Shown here piece after piece: positions 1 through 12,354 of a DNA stretch of 64,000 nucleotides (position 1 is its first letter; every line of letters begins with the position of its first letter). The DNA is from Eledone cirrhosa (taxonomy: Eukaryota): NCBI GenBank assembly GCA_964016885.1, contig OZ024757.1:3782001-3846000 (forward strand). Direction: 5' to 3'. The notes below the pieces were generated by a model, which saw nothing but the letters and a program-made list of their open reading frames with translations, was not told the DNA's origin and ran no database searches. Both the position numbers and the translations under genes were made by a program.

Positions 1-3000
1 AACACTGCACATGCCCAAGACACACAGAGCTGTGCTCGGTAATACAGTAACACTGCACATGCCCAAGACACACAGAGCTGTGCTCGGTAATACAGTAACA
101 CTGCACATGCCCAAGACACACAGAACTGTGCTCGGTAATACAGTAACACTGCACATGCCCAAGACACACAAAGCTGTGCTCGGTAATACAGTCACACTGC
201 ACATGCCTAAGACACACAGAGCTGTGCTCGGTAATACAGTAACACTGCACATGCCCAAGACACACAAAGCTGTGCTCGGTAATACAGTAACACTGGACAT
301 GCCCAAGACACACAGAGCTGTGCTCGGTAATACAGTAACACTGCACATGCCCAAGACACACAAAGCTCTGCTCGGTAATACAGTAACACTGCACATGTCC
401 AAGACACACAAAGCTGTGCTCGGTAATACAGTAACACTGCACATGCCCAAGACACACAAAGCTGTGCTCGGTAATACAGTAACACTGCACATGCCCAAGA
501 CACACAAAGCTGTGCTCGGTAATACAGTAACACTGCACATGCCCAAGACACACAGAGCTGTGCTCGGTAATACAGTAACACTGCACATGCCCAAGACACA
601 CAAAGCTGTGCTCGGTAATACAGTAACACTGCACATGCCCAAGACACACAGAGCTGTGCTCGGTAATACAGTAACACTGCACATGCCCAAGACACACAGA
701 GCTGTGCTCGGTAATACAGTAACACTGCACATGCCCAAGACACACAAAGCTGTGCTCGGTAATACAGTAACACTGCACATGCCCAAGACACACAAAGCTG
801 TGCTCGGTAATACAGTAACACTGCACATGCCCAAGACACACAGAGCTGTGCTCGGTAATACAGTAACACTGCACATGCCCAAGACACACAAAGCTGTGCT
901 CGGTAATACAGTAACACTGCACATGCCCAAGACACACAAAGCTGTGCTCGGTAATACAGTAACACTGCACATGCCCAAGACACACAAAGCTGTGCTCGGT
1001 AATACAGTAACACTGCACATGCCCAAGACACACAGAGCTGTGCTCGGTAATACAGTAACACTGCACATGCCCCAGATAACAAAGCTGTGCTCGGTAATAC
1101 AGTAACACTGCACATGCCCAAGACACACAAAGCTGTGCTCGGTAATACAGTAACACTGCACATGCCCAAGACACACAGAGCTGTGCTCGGTAATACAGTA
1201 ACACTGCACATGCCCAAGACACACAGAGCTGTGCTCGGTAATACAGTAACACTGCACATGCCCAAGACACACAGAACTGTGCTCGGTAATACAGTCACAC
1301 TGCACTTGTCCAAGATACACAGAACTGTGCTCGGTAATACAGTAACACTGCACATGCCCAAGACACACAAAGCTGTGCTCGGTAATACAGTAACACTGCA
1401 CATGCCCAAGACACACAAAGCTGTGCTCGGTAATACAGTAACACTGCACATGCCCAAGACACACAGAGCTGTGCTCGGTAATTCAGTAACACTGCACATG
1501 CCCAAGACACACAGAGCTGTGCTCGGTAATACAGTAACACTGCACATGCCCAAGACACACAGAACTGTGCTCGGTAATACAGTAACACTGCACATGCCCA
1601 AGACACACAAAGCTGTGCTCGGTAATACAGTCACACTGCACATGCCTAAGACACACAGAGCTGTGCTCGGTAATACAGTAACACTGCACATGCCCAAGAC
1701 ACACAGAGCTGTGCTCGGTAATACAGTCACACTGCACATGCCCAAGACACACAAAGCTGTGCTCGGTAATACAGTCACACTGCACATGCCCAAGACACAC
1801 AGAGCTGTGCTCGGTAATACAGTAACACTGCACATGCCCAAGACACACAGAGCTGTGCTCGGTAATACAGTAACACTGCACATGCCCAAGACACACAGAG
1901 CTGTGCTCGGTAATACAGTAACACTGCACTTGTCCAAGACACACAGAACTGTGCTCGGTAATACAGTAACACTGCACATGTCCAAGACACACAGAACTGT
2001 GCTCGGTAATACAGTCACACAGCACATGCCCAAGACACACAATGCCGTGCTCGGTAATACAGTAACACTGCACATGCCCAAGACACACAGAGCTGTGCTC
2101 GTTAATACAGTGACACTGCACATGCCCAAGACACACAGAGCTGTGCTCGGTAATACAGTCACACTGCACATGCCCAAGACACACAGAACTGTGCTCGGTA
2201 ATACAGTAACACTGCACTTGTCCAAGATACACAGAACTGTGCTCGGTAATACAGTAACACTGCACATGCCCAAGATACACAGAACTGTGCTCGGTAATAC
2301 AGTCACACTGCACATGTCCAAGACACACAAAGCTGTGCTCGGTAATACAGTAACACTGCACATGCCCAAGACACACAAAGCTGTGCTCGGTAATACAGTA
2401 ACACTGCACTTGTCCAAGATACACAGAACTGTGCTCGGTAATACAGTAACACTGCACATGTCCAAGATACACAGAACTGTGCTCGGTAATACAGTAACAC
2501 TGCACATGTCCAAGACACACAAAGCTGTGCTCGGTAATACAGTAACACTGCACTTGTCCAAGATACACAGAACTGTGCTCGGTAATACAGTAACACTGCA
2601 CATGTCCAAGACACACAAAGCTGTGCTCGGTAATACAGTAACACTGCACTTGTCCAAGATACACAGAACTGTGCTCGGTAATACAGTAACACTGCACTTG
2701 TCCAAGATACACAGAACTGTGCTCGGTAATACAGTAACACTGCACATGCCCAAGATACACAGAACTGTGCTCGGTAATACAGTAACACTGCACATGCCCA
2801 AGACACACAGAACTGTGCTCGGTAATACAGTAACACTGCACATGCCCAAGACACACAGAACTGTGCTCGGTAATACAGTAACACTGCACATGCCCAAGAC
2901 ACACAAAGCTGTGCTCGGTAATACAGTAACACTGCACATGCCCAAGACACACAGAACTGTGCTCGGTAATACAGTAACACTGCACATGCCCAAGACACAC

Positions 3001-3745
3001 AAAGCTGTGCTCGGTAATACAGTAACACTGCACATGTCCAAGACACACAAAGCTGTGCTCGGTAATACAGTAACACTGCACATGCCCAAGACACACAAAG
3101 CTGTGCTCGGTAATACAGTAACACTGCACATGCCCAAGACACACAAAGCTGTGCTCGGTAATACAGTAACACTGCACATGTCCAAGACACACAAAGCTGT
3201 GCTCGGTAATACAGTAACACTGCACATATCCAAGATACACAAAGCTGTGCTCGGTAATACAGTAACACTGCACTTGTCCAAGATACACGGAACTGTGCTC
3301 GGTAATACAGTAGCACTGCACATGCCCAAGACACACAAAGCTGTGCTCGGTAATACAGTCACACTGCACATGTCCAAGACACACAGAACTGTGCTCGGTA
3401 ATACAGTAACACTGCACTTGTCGAAGATACACAAAGCTGTGCTCGGTAATACAGTAACACTGCACATGTCCAAGACACACAAAGCTGTGCTCGGTAATAC
3501 AGTAACACTGCACATGCCCAAGACACACAAAGCTGTGCTCGGTAATACAGTAACACTGCACATATCCAAGATACACAAAGCTGTGCTCGGTAATACAGTA
3601 ACACTGCACATGCCCAAGATAGACAGAGCTGTGCTCGGTACTACAGTCACACTGCACATGCCCAAGATACACAGAACTGTGCTCGGTAATACAGTCACAT
3701 TGCACATGCCCAAGACACACAGAGCTGTGCTCGGTAATCCAGTGA
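1..3745. repeat. 48-bp tandem satellite (AACACTGCACATGCCCAAGACACACAGAGCTGTGCTCGGTAATACAGT), runs off the left edge
   Basis: Exact 48-nt periodicity with few substitutions. One unit near 1070-1080 carries an indel that shifts the reading frames. Confidence 0.98.
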
Positions 3746-3774
3746 TAACGTGCAAAATAATAATAATAATAATA

Positions 3775-4092
3775 TTGACAGGAGAGTGCAGGAAAAGGAG
3801 AGGGAGAAAATTAACCGATACCAGGATTTAAAGTGGGAGGTAAAAAGGATTTGGAACTGGCATGAAATCAAGGTCGTCCCAGTTGTCATAGGCGCACTAT
3901 GTACTATCTCAAAGTGGTTAAAGAAGATTAGTCTAGCCCCGCTTTTTGGAACACTTCAAAAGGCAAGCTTGTTGGGAACAGCAAGAACTTCCGAAAACGT
4001 CCTGAATGTCTGAGGCTGCAGGTAGCAGCTTGATATTCATTTCAACAAACTTTCCAGTTAAATAACATCAATGACTGAGACTCCACGAACAA
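3775..4092 (+). mobile_element. 5'-truncated R4/Dong-like non-LTR retrotransposon 3' end (restriction-like endonuclease region) in a (TAA)n tract
   Basis: EKEREKINRYQDLKWEVKRIW...KVVPVVIGAL...LQKASLLGTAR matches the C-terminal pattern of RLE-type LINEs. AAT repeats flank both sides, as known for Dong/R4. Confidence 0.8.
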
Positions 4093-4241
4093 TAATAATA
4101 AAATTGTTGTCTAATATAATTTGGAAACAATTTAGTAAAGAGCGTCTCTTCTGTTCCTCCATCTTTATTTCTGCTCCTTAGAAAACAATATTGGCAAGGT
4201 GACAATAGTAGAAATTAGTCATACATAAACAGCATATATAA

Positions 4242-4580
4242 GTGTGTGTGTGAGAGACTGTGAGTGTGTGAGTGTATGTGTCTGTGAGTGTGTGTGACTG
4301 TGTGTGTATGACTGCCTGTGTGCGAGTGTCTGTGTCTGTCTGTGTATGTAAATTTTTATGACAGTGTGTGTGTATCTGTGTCTCTGTGAATATCTGCGCG
4401 TGTGTCTGTTTGTGTGAGTGGTATTAGCGCCTGTGTGTGTGTGAATGTTTGCATGTGTGTTTGTCTCTGTGAGTGTGTGTGTGAATATCTATGTGTGAGT
4501 GTCTGTCTGTGTGTATGCCTGTCTGTGTATGTCTCTGTGTGAGTGTCTGCCTGTGTTATGTCTCTGTGTGTGAGTGTGTG
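4242..4580. repeat. degenerate (TG)n low-complexity tract
   Basis: Visible TG/TC-rich simple repeat. Confidence 0.9.
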
Positions 4581-4748
4581 AAAGGAACAATGTGTTTTAT
4601 AGCTCTATAAACGCCAATCAAGCTAAACAAACGAGAATGGAATATCATCAAGATTGTTTACTGTATATTACATACATATATATATATACATACACATATA
4701 TATATATATATATATATATATTACATACATATATATATATACATACAC

Positions 4749-4810
<62 letters not shown>

Positions 4811-4815
<5 letters not shown>

Positions 4816-5005
4816 AACAAGTATGACCACGACAGCAGAGCTCAAGCCGTTTCGACGGCTATTTCTGGACTGAAATAGCCGTCGAAACGGCTTGAGCTCT
4901 GCCGTCGGGGTCCTACTTGTTCCTATTACCCACTCTATTACCCTAAGTATTGAGTATGTTGGTGTGTTATGGTCCATCTGGTACCTTACCACAATTCCTT
5001 CGTTA
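4811..5005. mobile_element. fold-back PLE-end-like insert, family A (palindrome 4811-4926 plus ~79-nt tail) in (TA)n
   Basis: Arms are reverse complements around the loop TGGACT (4866-4871). The same family recurs at 46696-46894, 53925-54020 and 54221-54297. Confidence 0.75.
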
Positions 5006-5029
5006 TATATATATATATATATATATGTT

Positions 5030-5707
5030 TCAGTAATCCTTGTTTGTTGATTCAATCAACCTACTGGTGTAATCAATATAAGCACTCCACGCATCTCTCT
5101 CTCCATCCTGATTCTTCTTCCAAAATGATATTTGAAAAAACGAATCAGTTGCTCGCCGGAGAGAAAGGTGTCTGACCTGAGCCCTTTTAACCTCGTCCAC
5201 CATATAACCTCTATCACCATAGGAAAACCGCATCTCCCTCTTTTTTGAAGGAGGGTGGCGGTTTGATCATGACAATAGACTCGGTGGTCAACTGGATTGG
5301 TCCTACCCGCGACAATAGTCGTTCTACATAGCCCCACAAGTCGGTAACGCCCAGGCAGTGTACAAATGCATGCGCGACGGTTTCCTCGTCGCGCACGCAT
5401 CTCGGACAGATCTTTTTGAAAGGTCCCTACCCGGGTCCCGTGTCTGTAGAGCTTGTCTCGAACTGGTAGAGCTTCTCGGTAGCACTGCCAGGCCAGGGAC
5501 TTTTGGAAGTTGTCCATTGGTCCCGGGCGGAAGGTCCTACCGAACCGACTGGCCAGTTCGTCCTCCTCTACGCCCAGAGTTTCTCCGAACGCGTCATCGC
5601 ACTTACTGCGGACCAACCCTCTATAGAATGTCGAAGTGGAGTCTCCACTGATCGTCGGGTCCGTTTGCCAGAGGACTGTGAGCGCCTGAGCACATTCGAT
5701 GTGCCAA

Positions 5708-5709
<2 letters not shown>
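5030..5709 (-). mobile_element. Tx1/L1-like LINE ORF2 C-terminal fragment (zinc-binding region), frameshifted
   Basis: QKSLAWQCYREALPVRDKLYRHG then, in another frame, RDEETVAHAFVHC...LWGYVE. This fits the CCHC region downstream of RT. Confidence 0.75.
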
Positions 5710-5760
<51 letters not shown>

Positions 5761-6410
5761 CAATGAAACGAATCTATCGAATAGGACCGACACAACTTTG
5801 GTCATTTTCTCATTCACTCAATAATTTAATTAAGTCAGTATCATTAAGACACAAGCCCAAGAAAATTAGGCTGCACGCATGCGTTAATTAGTGAGAAAAA
5901 CGATTTCGTGCGGAAAGAAATTTTATTTCTTTTTTTTTTTTGCTCCGAACCAAGACATTAATTTCTGCAGCCTCGATCAGCTAGCGGCAGACCGAATGGA
6001 TGTGTGCAGAAATTAGGTAATGTTATTAAACATTACGTAATTGACTTGAGTCGCGTCTTTAGCGGGGAATAATCGCCCTAGAACGAAGAGTTCCAATTAG
6101 TTAACCACCACACCAATCCGATGGACATTGGCTAAGGTACTATTCATCTGGACTCTCAGTGACACGTGACTTGACACCAAAGAGAAGGTAAGCCAGTCCT
6201 GACCGTTCACAGGGAACACGTTGTCACAAAATCAAATTTAAAAAAATGAATGGGCCTGAAGCACTCAACCGGCGCTTCCACAGAGACAGCTAAGACATAA
6301 CTGCAGACAATTAATATACCGAGCTATAATAAGCAAAATAATAAAGTTCAACTAACGGAGAGTTTCATATATGTATAGAATTCGTACACACACACGCGCG
6401 CGCGCTCACG

Positions 6411-6449
<39 letters not shown>

Positions 6450-6454
<5 letters not shown>

Positions 6455-6871
6455 AGGTGAGTTTTATTGTAGTACAATAAAGCAATGCAGATATCGGATA
6501 AGAAGCACTCTACAGTTTGTGGGACTGGAGTATACATAATATAAGATCAAAAGATGGTTAAAGGAGTTCCATGTATTTTATTATGCGCATTTCAAAAACA
6601 AACATCATTATGCAATAATATTTGTGTTTTCATCAGATAAAACAGGAGAACATGATATGAAGGCTAAAAAACACTTGTGGATAGTGCAGTTTTAAATCAA
6701 CATATGTTGATATGTTGATTTAAAACTACACTATCCACAAGTGTTTTTTAGCCTTCATATCATGTTCTCCTGTTTTATCTGATGAAAACACAAATATTAT
6801 TGCATGATCATGTTTGTTTTTGAAATGCGCATAATAAAATACATGGAACTCCTTTAACCATCTTTTGATCT

Positions 6872-6878
<7 letters not shown>
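6450..6878. mobile_element. fold-back PLE-end insert B (arms 6535-6878, axis ~6707, ~85-nt tail on the left) in (TA)n
   Basis: Near-perfect inverted arms of ~170 bp, each carrying an HHR, with TA tracts on both sides. Confidence 0.85.
6772..6840 (+). ncRNA. minimal type I hammerhead ribozyme (mirror copy 6575-6643 on -)
   Basis: gttttat CTGATGA aaac...gttttt GAAA tgcgca TA ataaaat. Stem I pairs and helix III is palindromic. Confidence 0.8.
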
Positions 6879-6908
<30 letters not shown>

Positions 6909-6920
6909 GCAGATGGGTAT

Positions 6921-6963
6921 ACGGTGCTGATGATAGCTAACAAGCTTGAAACTAGTACATCGT
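6921..6963 (+). ncRNA. minimal type I hammerhead ribozyme
   Basis: acggtg CTGATGA t agct aaca agct t GAAA ctag TA catcgt. 6-bp stem I, agct/agct stem II and palindromic ctag helix III. Confidence 0.85.
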
Positions 6964-7114
6964 TCCTGCGTCAGTGTTGAACAAAAAGGTGACGTGGTTG
7001 CCTTAACACCGTACGGCATAACATTCAGGCTGTTCAGTTTGTTTACAAACGAACAAAGCGGCGTTATAATAAGCGTCCGCTAAACTGATACGTGCATATA
7101 TGTATGTGTACCTG

Positions 7115-7145
<31 letters not shown>

Positions 7146-7304
7146 GCATGCTACTGTACGTATGTATACATATATGTACGTACGTTTACACACATACTTA
7201 CATATATATATATATATATATATGTTAAAGGTAAACAGAAATAACAACACAATCGGTACAGTATATGGAAGGGATATATTAGGTTAACGCTTGATATAGC
7301 AGGT

Positions 7305-7345
7305 AGAGGGTCTTAAAGTTTCGGACGCTCGTCCTTCATCAGAAG
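7305..7345 (-). ncRNA. hammerhead-like remnant
   Basis: On -, CTGATGA a ggac gagc gtcc GAAA cttt. Core and stem II are intact; stems I and III are unclear. Confidence 0.5.
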
Positions 7346-7471
7346 AAAGAATGAGAAATAAGATATATTGAGGGGACGGGTGGGTTGGAATTGGAAAAAA
7401 TGTCTTTAGATGAAAATAACAGGTCCAATCATGTTGACAACTCTTGCAAAACTGTTAGTGCTGGCATATAT

Positions 7472-7536
<65 letters not shown>

Positions 7537-7541
<5 letters not shown>

Positions 7542-8085
7542 AATAGGATTTCGCTTCAAGCATAGCTTTATACAAGGCTTAACTGGCCTTCGTCAGGACG
7601 GTCCCTCCCACCGCTTGCGACTGCTGGACTAGAAGACAAGCGAGAATATATACTTTTCTCGTCTGTGTAAATGAGGTGATTAATCTCATTTGCATATGAA
7701 GCTGCATAATTTGGCTCAACTTATAATAAAAAAGAAATAGGATTTCGCTTCAAGCATAGCTTCATACAATATGTATAAATATTTCGTATCTCCAAAGAAA
7801 TACGGTTTTAGGAAGCCGTAGCTATGAAAACACCGGGGGGCTAACGCCCTCTGGTGATGTCCAGCAGAAGCAAGGGGGACAACCGTCTATGAATTTCAGG
7901 CTTAACTGGCCTTCGTCAGGACGGTCCCTCCCACCGCTTGCGACTGCTGGACTAGAAGACAGGGGAGAATATATACTTTTCTCGTCTTTGTAAATGAGGT
8001 GAAATCCTATTTCTTCTTTATTATAAGTTGAGCCAACTTATGCAGCTTCATATGCAAATGAGATTAATCACCTCATTTACACACT
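7537..8085. mobile_element. rearranged PLE-end insert with direct and inverted partial repeats
   Basis: 7576-7680 repeats at 7898-8002, 7537-7572 repeats at 7731-7768, and ~7665-7745 is inverted at ~8002-8082. Contains an HHR. Confidence 0.7.
7882..7925 (-). ncRNA. minimal type I hammerhead ribozyme
   Basis: On -, accgtc CTGACGA aggc cagttaa gcct GAAA ttca TA gacggt. Confidence 0.8.
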
Positions 8086-8092
8086 GCATTTA

Positions 8093-8385
8093 CAAACGCT
8101 GCAACCGAAGGAAAACAGGAAGACGATACTTTGGTTCGTGAAGACCTTCCCTGGTAATGAACGGAAAAAAGCGAGGATAATACGTCGTTATGTGGGCCGA
8201 GAAGAACAATTTCATGCAAAGACAAGACCAAGTTTATGGTATAAATGGAGTCGTTAAACTAATATTCTATTTAAAATAACCGAAGGATTTCCAGCCCCGG
8301 AGTTTAAGAATGATGTAAATAAAATTGAAAACGAAAATGACAAAGGTTATTAAAATAGTAAAAGTAAATAGTGAAGATTTAGGCC
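8093..8385 (-). mobile_element. 3'UTR fragment related to the PLE at 40-46 kb
   Basis: GCAACCG(A/G)AGGAA(A/G)ACAGGAAGACGAT(A/T)CTTTGGTTCGTG and AATGAACGGAAAA are shared with 40187-40470. Confidence 0.7.
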
Positions 8386-8469
8386 AGTACATACGTATGC
8401 CCCGACGGACATACACATATATATACATACGCACACACAAATACATACACACACACACACACGCACGCA

Positions 8470-8908
8470 CGCGTGTAAACCTTATGCATTTCTAAAGTAT
8501 TTTCACCAAACTTAAGACATAGGTTACTTATGTACTCCGGATGGCATCGGCACTTTCATTTTTTCAGATATTGATTAAAGGGCCTCCCAGCAGGTAACCC
8601 CCTTTAACCGCTTCCTTGGAGTCGACTGAAGCACTGCAGTGTAATGCAACAAAACGTCATAACTTCTGGAGTTCGCAACCGATTTTCACAAAACTTGACA
8701 CATGGGCTACGTTTGTTCTACAGATGAATGTGAACTCTCAGAATTGGCATATATTGAGTCGGGGAGCCCTGGGAGCAGGAACCCTCTTTTGGAAAAAGCG
8801 GATGATTTTGTAAAAGCATACTTTTCGAAGCAGCACTGAATTATTGACATAAATGGTATACCATAACTGCTATTTAATACCCGAGCAACGCCGGGTACCT
8901 TTGCTAGT
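8470..8908 (+). mobile_element. non-autonomous Helitron/Helentron-like element, 3' part
   Basis: Ends in the hairpin CCCGAGCAACGCCGGG followed by CTAG|T. Has repeated internal ATTTTCAC(C/A)AAACTT motifs. The 5' boundary is uncertain. Confidence 0.6.
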
Positions 8909-9437
8909 ATATATATATATATATATATATACGAATTTTGAATTGTAAGTCAATATCTTCGATGAACGTTTTTTACTATAAAAAATAGTCAGTTGTACAT
9001 ATAAGCTGTTGAAGACAGCGTCTTCTGGTTATTTGCAAAATCAAAACTGTTGGCAAATAAGGAAAACTACTACCTCCCTACGGACTCGCGGACCCGAAGA
9101 AGACACGGAGGCCGAAACACTCCAACTGTGCTGTCTTATTTTTCATTGAAACTTAAAGTACAAAGTTAACAGGGAGTTAACTCGCTCAACGCATCTAAAA
9201 TTAGATTGCTTATTCATATGTATACACACTCATTATATATTTATATACATGTATGTGTGTGTGGTGGCTTGGTTTAGTGTCGTTTATCTGTTCTGATATG
9301 TGATCACATCCGACTGAAATAAAGAAATCGATTTTGTCGATCCCGATAGGATGAGTACGACCATTTACTAACATACAAAACACCTGTTAATCTGTCTGGA
9401 TTATTAAGTAATGTATATATATATATATGTATATATA

Positions 9438-9528
<91 letters not shown>

Positions 9529-9568
9529 GATATTAATAAATGGATACTATATTTATAAAACCATATTT

Positions 9569-9631
9569 ATTTCATTATACATATTTCAGGGATACCAAAT
9601 TAAATTATGGTATGCCTTCATCAGACAAAAT
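9569..9631 (-). ncRNA. minimal type I hammerhead ribozyme
   Basis: On -, attttgt CTGATGA aggcatacca...tggtatccct GAAA tatgta TA atgaaat. Stem I includes G-U pairs. Confidence 0.7.
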
Positions 9632-9877
9632 ACAATATATAACAGTTTTACAAATAAGCTTTGACGTACCCTTTTAAAATGCGACCATTATTTTTGGAGG
9701 CCATCTGGATAGATGGCCTCCAAAAATAATGCCCAGTTCCTTGTTGGGTTGTTATTTCACATGTGATTCCAGTTCCTCAGTGAAATAACAACCCAACAAG
9801 GAACTGGGCATATCAGAGTATTGACAATATTATATACCTCAACAACATATGTACTTGTCTATACCATACTAATTCAA

Positions 9878-9932
9878 ACTGCCTGAAGAGGTCACAGCCA
9901 TCTTTGGCTGTCACTGAAATATATATAGCAGT
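9878..9932 (+). ncRNA. minimal type I hammerhead ribozyme in a PLE end (family also at 48560-48760)
   Basis: actgc CTGAAGA ggtcacagcca tctt tggctgtcact GAAA tatata TA gcagt. Confidence 0.85.
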
Positions 9933-9976
9933 AATAAACGAAGCTAAATTTTAATCATTTGACTTTTATTTAACTT

Positions 9977-10007
<31 letters not shown>

Positions 10008-10842
10008 ATGTGTGTGTGCGTGTGTATGTGTGCGTGTGTGTATATTTATATATATATGTGTGTGTATGTTTCAATGACGATCCCGGTCACTCGATTATTT
10101 AACCATTCTCGTGATTTCAATAGACTGCAAAGTTGGGTAAAAGTTTACGTTTCTGGGGCAATCCTAGATTTAGAAAAATTATGGTTTTGCTCGGATAGTT
10201 CGTCCCCTAGTGAGCTTCAGAACATCCCAACACCTCTGCGCAGAGGCAGAGGTGGTGGAAGTTGACCCCTTAACCACCACCCAGATTACTACTACCCTAG
10301 GTGATTCTCCCCAGCCACCAGACCCCACCATCTTAGCTGGCAATATGATACGGTTACAGAGAGTTCAATTCGGCCACAGATTTGTGTTTACTGCTAGCTT
10401 CAGTGTCCAGCAGCATTCTGTGTTTGGGTATGTGTGTCACTACCAATGGCAGGAGAATATACTGACCAATAACCACAAAGTGAGACTATAACTTAATGCT
10501 AAGGTTAATATAATTTCTCATTAGAAAACAAAATTACAGATGAAGAATTAAAAGTTAGAAATTAAAAATTAAAAAAAGTAAAGATATAGACATGTCTATA
10601 TCTTTAAATTTTATAACCCTGACTCTGTACTCCCGCTATGTAGATGACATTAACATCGTATTTAAAAACAGCCCCACAGGAGAACAGTCAGGAATTCGAG
10701 AAGAACACCATGGAAAGCATCCAGTAAATAGCTAACTCCATCCACCAAAGTATTAATGTTACCATAGACTACCCAAATAAACACCCCAACCATAGATTAC
10801 CTGTACTAGACACAGAACTCAGGTTAGAAACCATTAATAATT

Positions 10843-11028
10843 ATTTCTATTTTTGGCACAAGGCCAACAATTACTCCAGCTCATTACTGGTACTTTGTTT
10901 TATCGAACTCGTAAGCACGAAAGGCAAAGTTAACCGCGGAGGGAATTGAACTCAGATCATAAAGGGCCGTAACTCTATGCTGCAAAGCATAGCGTCCGAC
11001 TCTCTACCGAAACTGCCAATCCACCACA
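10843..11028 (-). mobile_element. tRNA-derived SINE (octopod-like) inserted in the PLE RT
   Basis: On -, A box TGGCAGTTTCGG and B box GAGTTCAATTCC; body CTTTGCCTTTC...GATAAAACAAAGTACCAGT. Four copies occur in the window. Confidence 0.85.
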
Positions 11029-12070
11029 ACTAATAAAACACAAATCCTCCATTTGCATTATGCCAAACCCATGACCTCCAAATACCTGATCCACTGAAAC
11101 CCAGCCGTTTCGGATAACATGAAAGTTGACATACTAATTGCGGACTTAGTAAGAATGATAAGGAATGTGTCCCGCATGTGCAACCTCAAAGAATTAGAAA
11201 AACACAACACTTCATCCACCACATGCAGTTCTCTGGCTACAATCAGAGAGACACGATCAGGGTATATAAAGCAGCTAGAACTAAATGGGCAAAGATGGTA
11301 GAAAATGACGCAAATTGGTCTTGCCCCATGTTTATGAAAAAATTTTGGAGTAAGATAGAAAGAATTAGGAATAAGGCAAATAAAGTCAACTAATGGTATG
11401 GTAGCAATAAATACCAGAGTGTAATGTTCGTCAATACAACCCATAGAGGTGAACTAGCTTACAGATAAAAATTAAATATGAAGATAGTTTAAAAACCAGG
11501 TATTCCCATAAAACCCTAATTAGTAGAACATACCATTTTCAACGCCTCCTGCAATTAAAGGAAATGGAAAGTCTGCGAATTAATACCACAAATTAACTGC
11601 AAAACAGCCCGTAGCATAGGAGAAAGGATAAGTGAACACTGGCGAGAACTCCAGGATGGGAAAAACTCACCAGTACTCCACCAACATGCCAAAATAGAAT
11701 ATAGGGGCACATTAGAGAATATAGAGATAAAAATTATATCCACACACAGAAAAGATGCAATGCTCAGACAAATCACAGAGGCAACAAATATAAACGAACC
11801 TCAACCCAAATTAAACAGAAAACATGAGTGGAATAGCAACATCACAACTAGTAATTAAGGACAAAATGAAGATATACAGACTCACAAAAACTAAACTAAC
11901 AAAACAAATCAGACACACACAGATAGAACAAACCACCAACTAGTGACAAGTAAATAAACAGATAAATAAATACATGAAAACACCCACCTGGATATAACGC
12001 ATGCGCAAACCATGTCTCAAAAACAAGATGGTGTAGGACGGAACGAAAGAGACACAAAAATAACAAATCA

Positions 12071-12113
12071 GTCACTGAGGAGGTCACCGAATGTGTGACG
12101 AAAGAGCTTTGAC
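12071..12113 (+). ncRNA. minimal type I hammerhead ribozyme at the 3' end of the Neptune-like PLE
   Basis: gtca CTGAGGA g gtcac cgaatgt gtgac GAAA gagc TT tgac. Related copies at ~19413, ~39716-39760 (-) and ~52565. Confidence 0.8.
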
Positions 12114-12354
12114 AATATATGAACAACAATCTGGTTATTGAACTAACCAACCCAAAATTTGTTATAACCTGAAGTGAAAAGCAACAGGTGCGCGTGTTTT
12201 TTATTGGCAGCATGACCCTCCCAAAGTATAACAATATCTGTTTGAACACACGTTTTCATATAAAAAGAATGCCAATCTCCAACTCACAATCTTGAGCAAA
12301 TTGCTCATACGGAGTTTGTATATCTCAGTCACAAACTATGATCAAACAACAATG

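Larger units (their letters stand above)
10600..12265 (+). mobile_element. decayed, 5'-truncated Penelope-like element (Neptune-like): RT, GIY-YIG remnant and HHR-bearing 3' end
   Basis: LYSRYVDDINIV (10624), ANSIHQSINVTIDYPNKHPNHRLPVLD, HYAKPMTSKYLIH, MQFSGY, TARSIGERISEH...MLRQITEA...KLNRKHEW. Many stops and frameshifts; interrupted by a SINE. The clade label is tentative. Confidence 0.8.

Noticed and set aside
1-3745. CRISPR-like array (also considered for 21316-25783 and 55137-64000)
   Set aside because: No unique spacers and no cas genes, and the context is eukaryotic.
11-3831. Long ORFs of up to 1182 aa with 16-aa repeats, some Cys/His-rich
   Set aside because: The 48-bp unit is a multiple of 3 and is open in several frames on both strands. 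There is no zinc-finger spacing, and the frame breaks near 1080.
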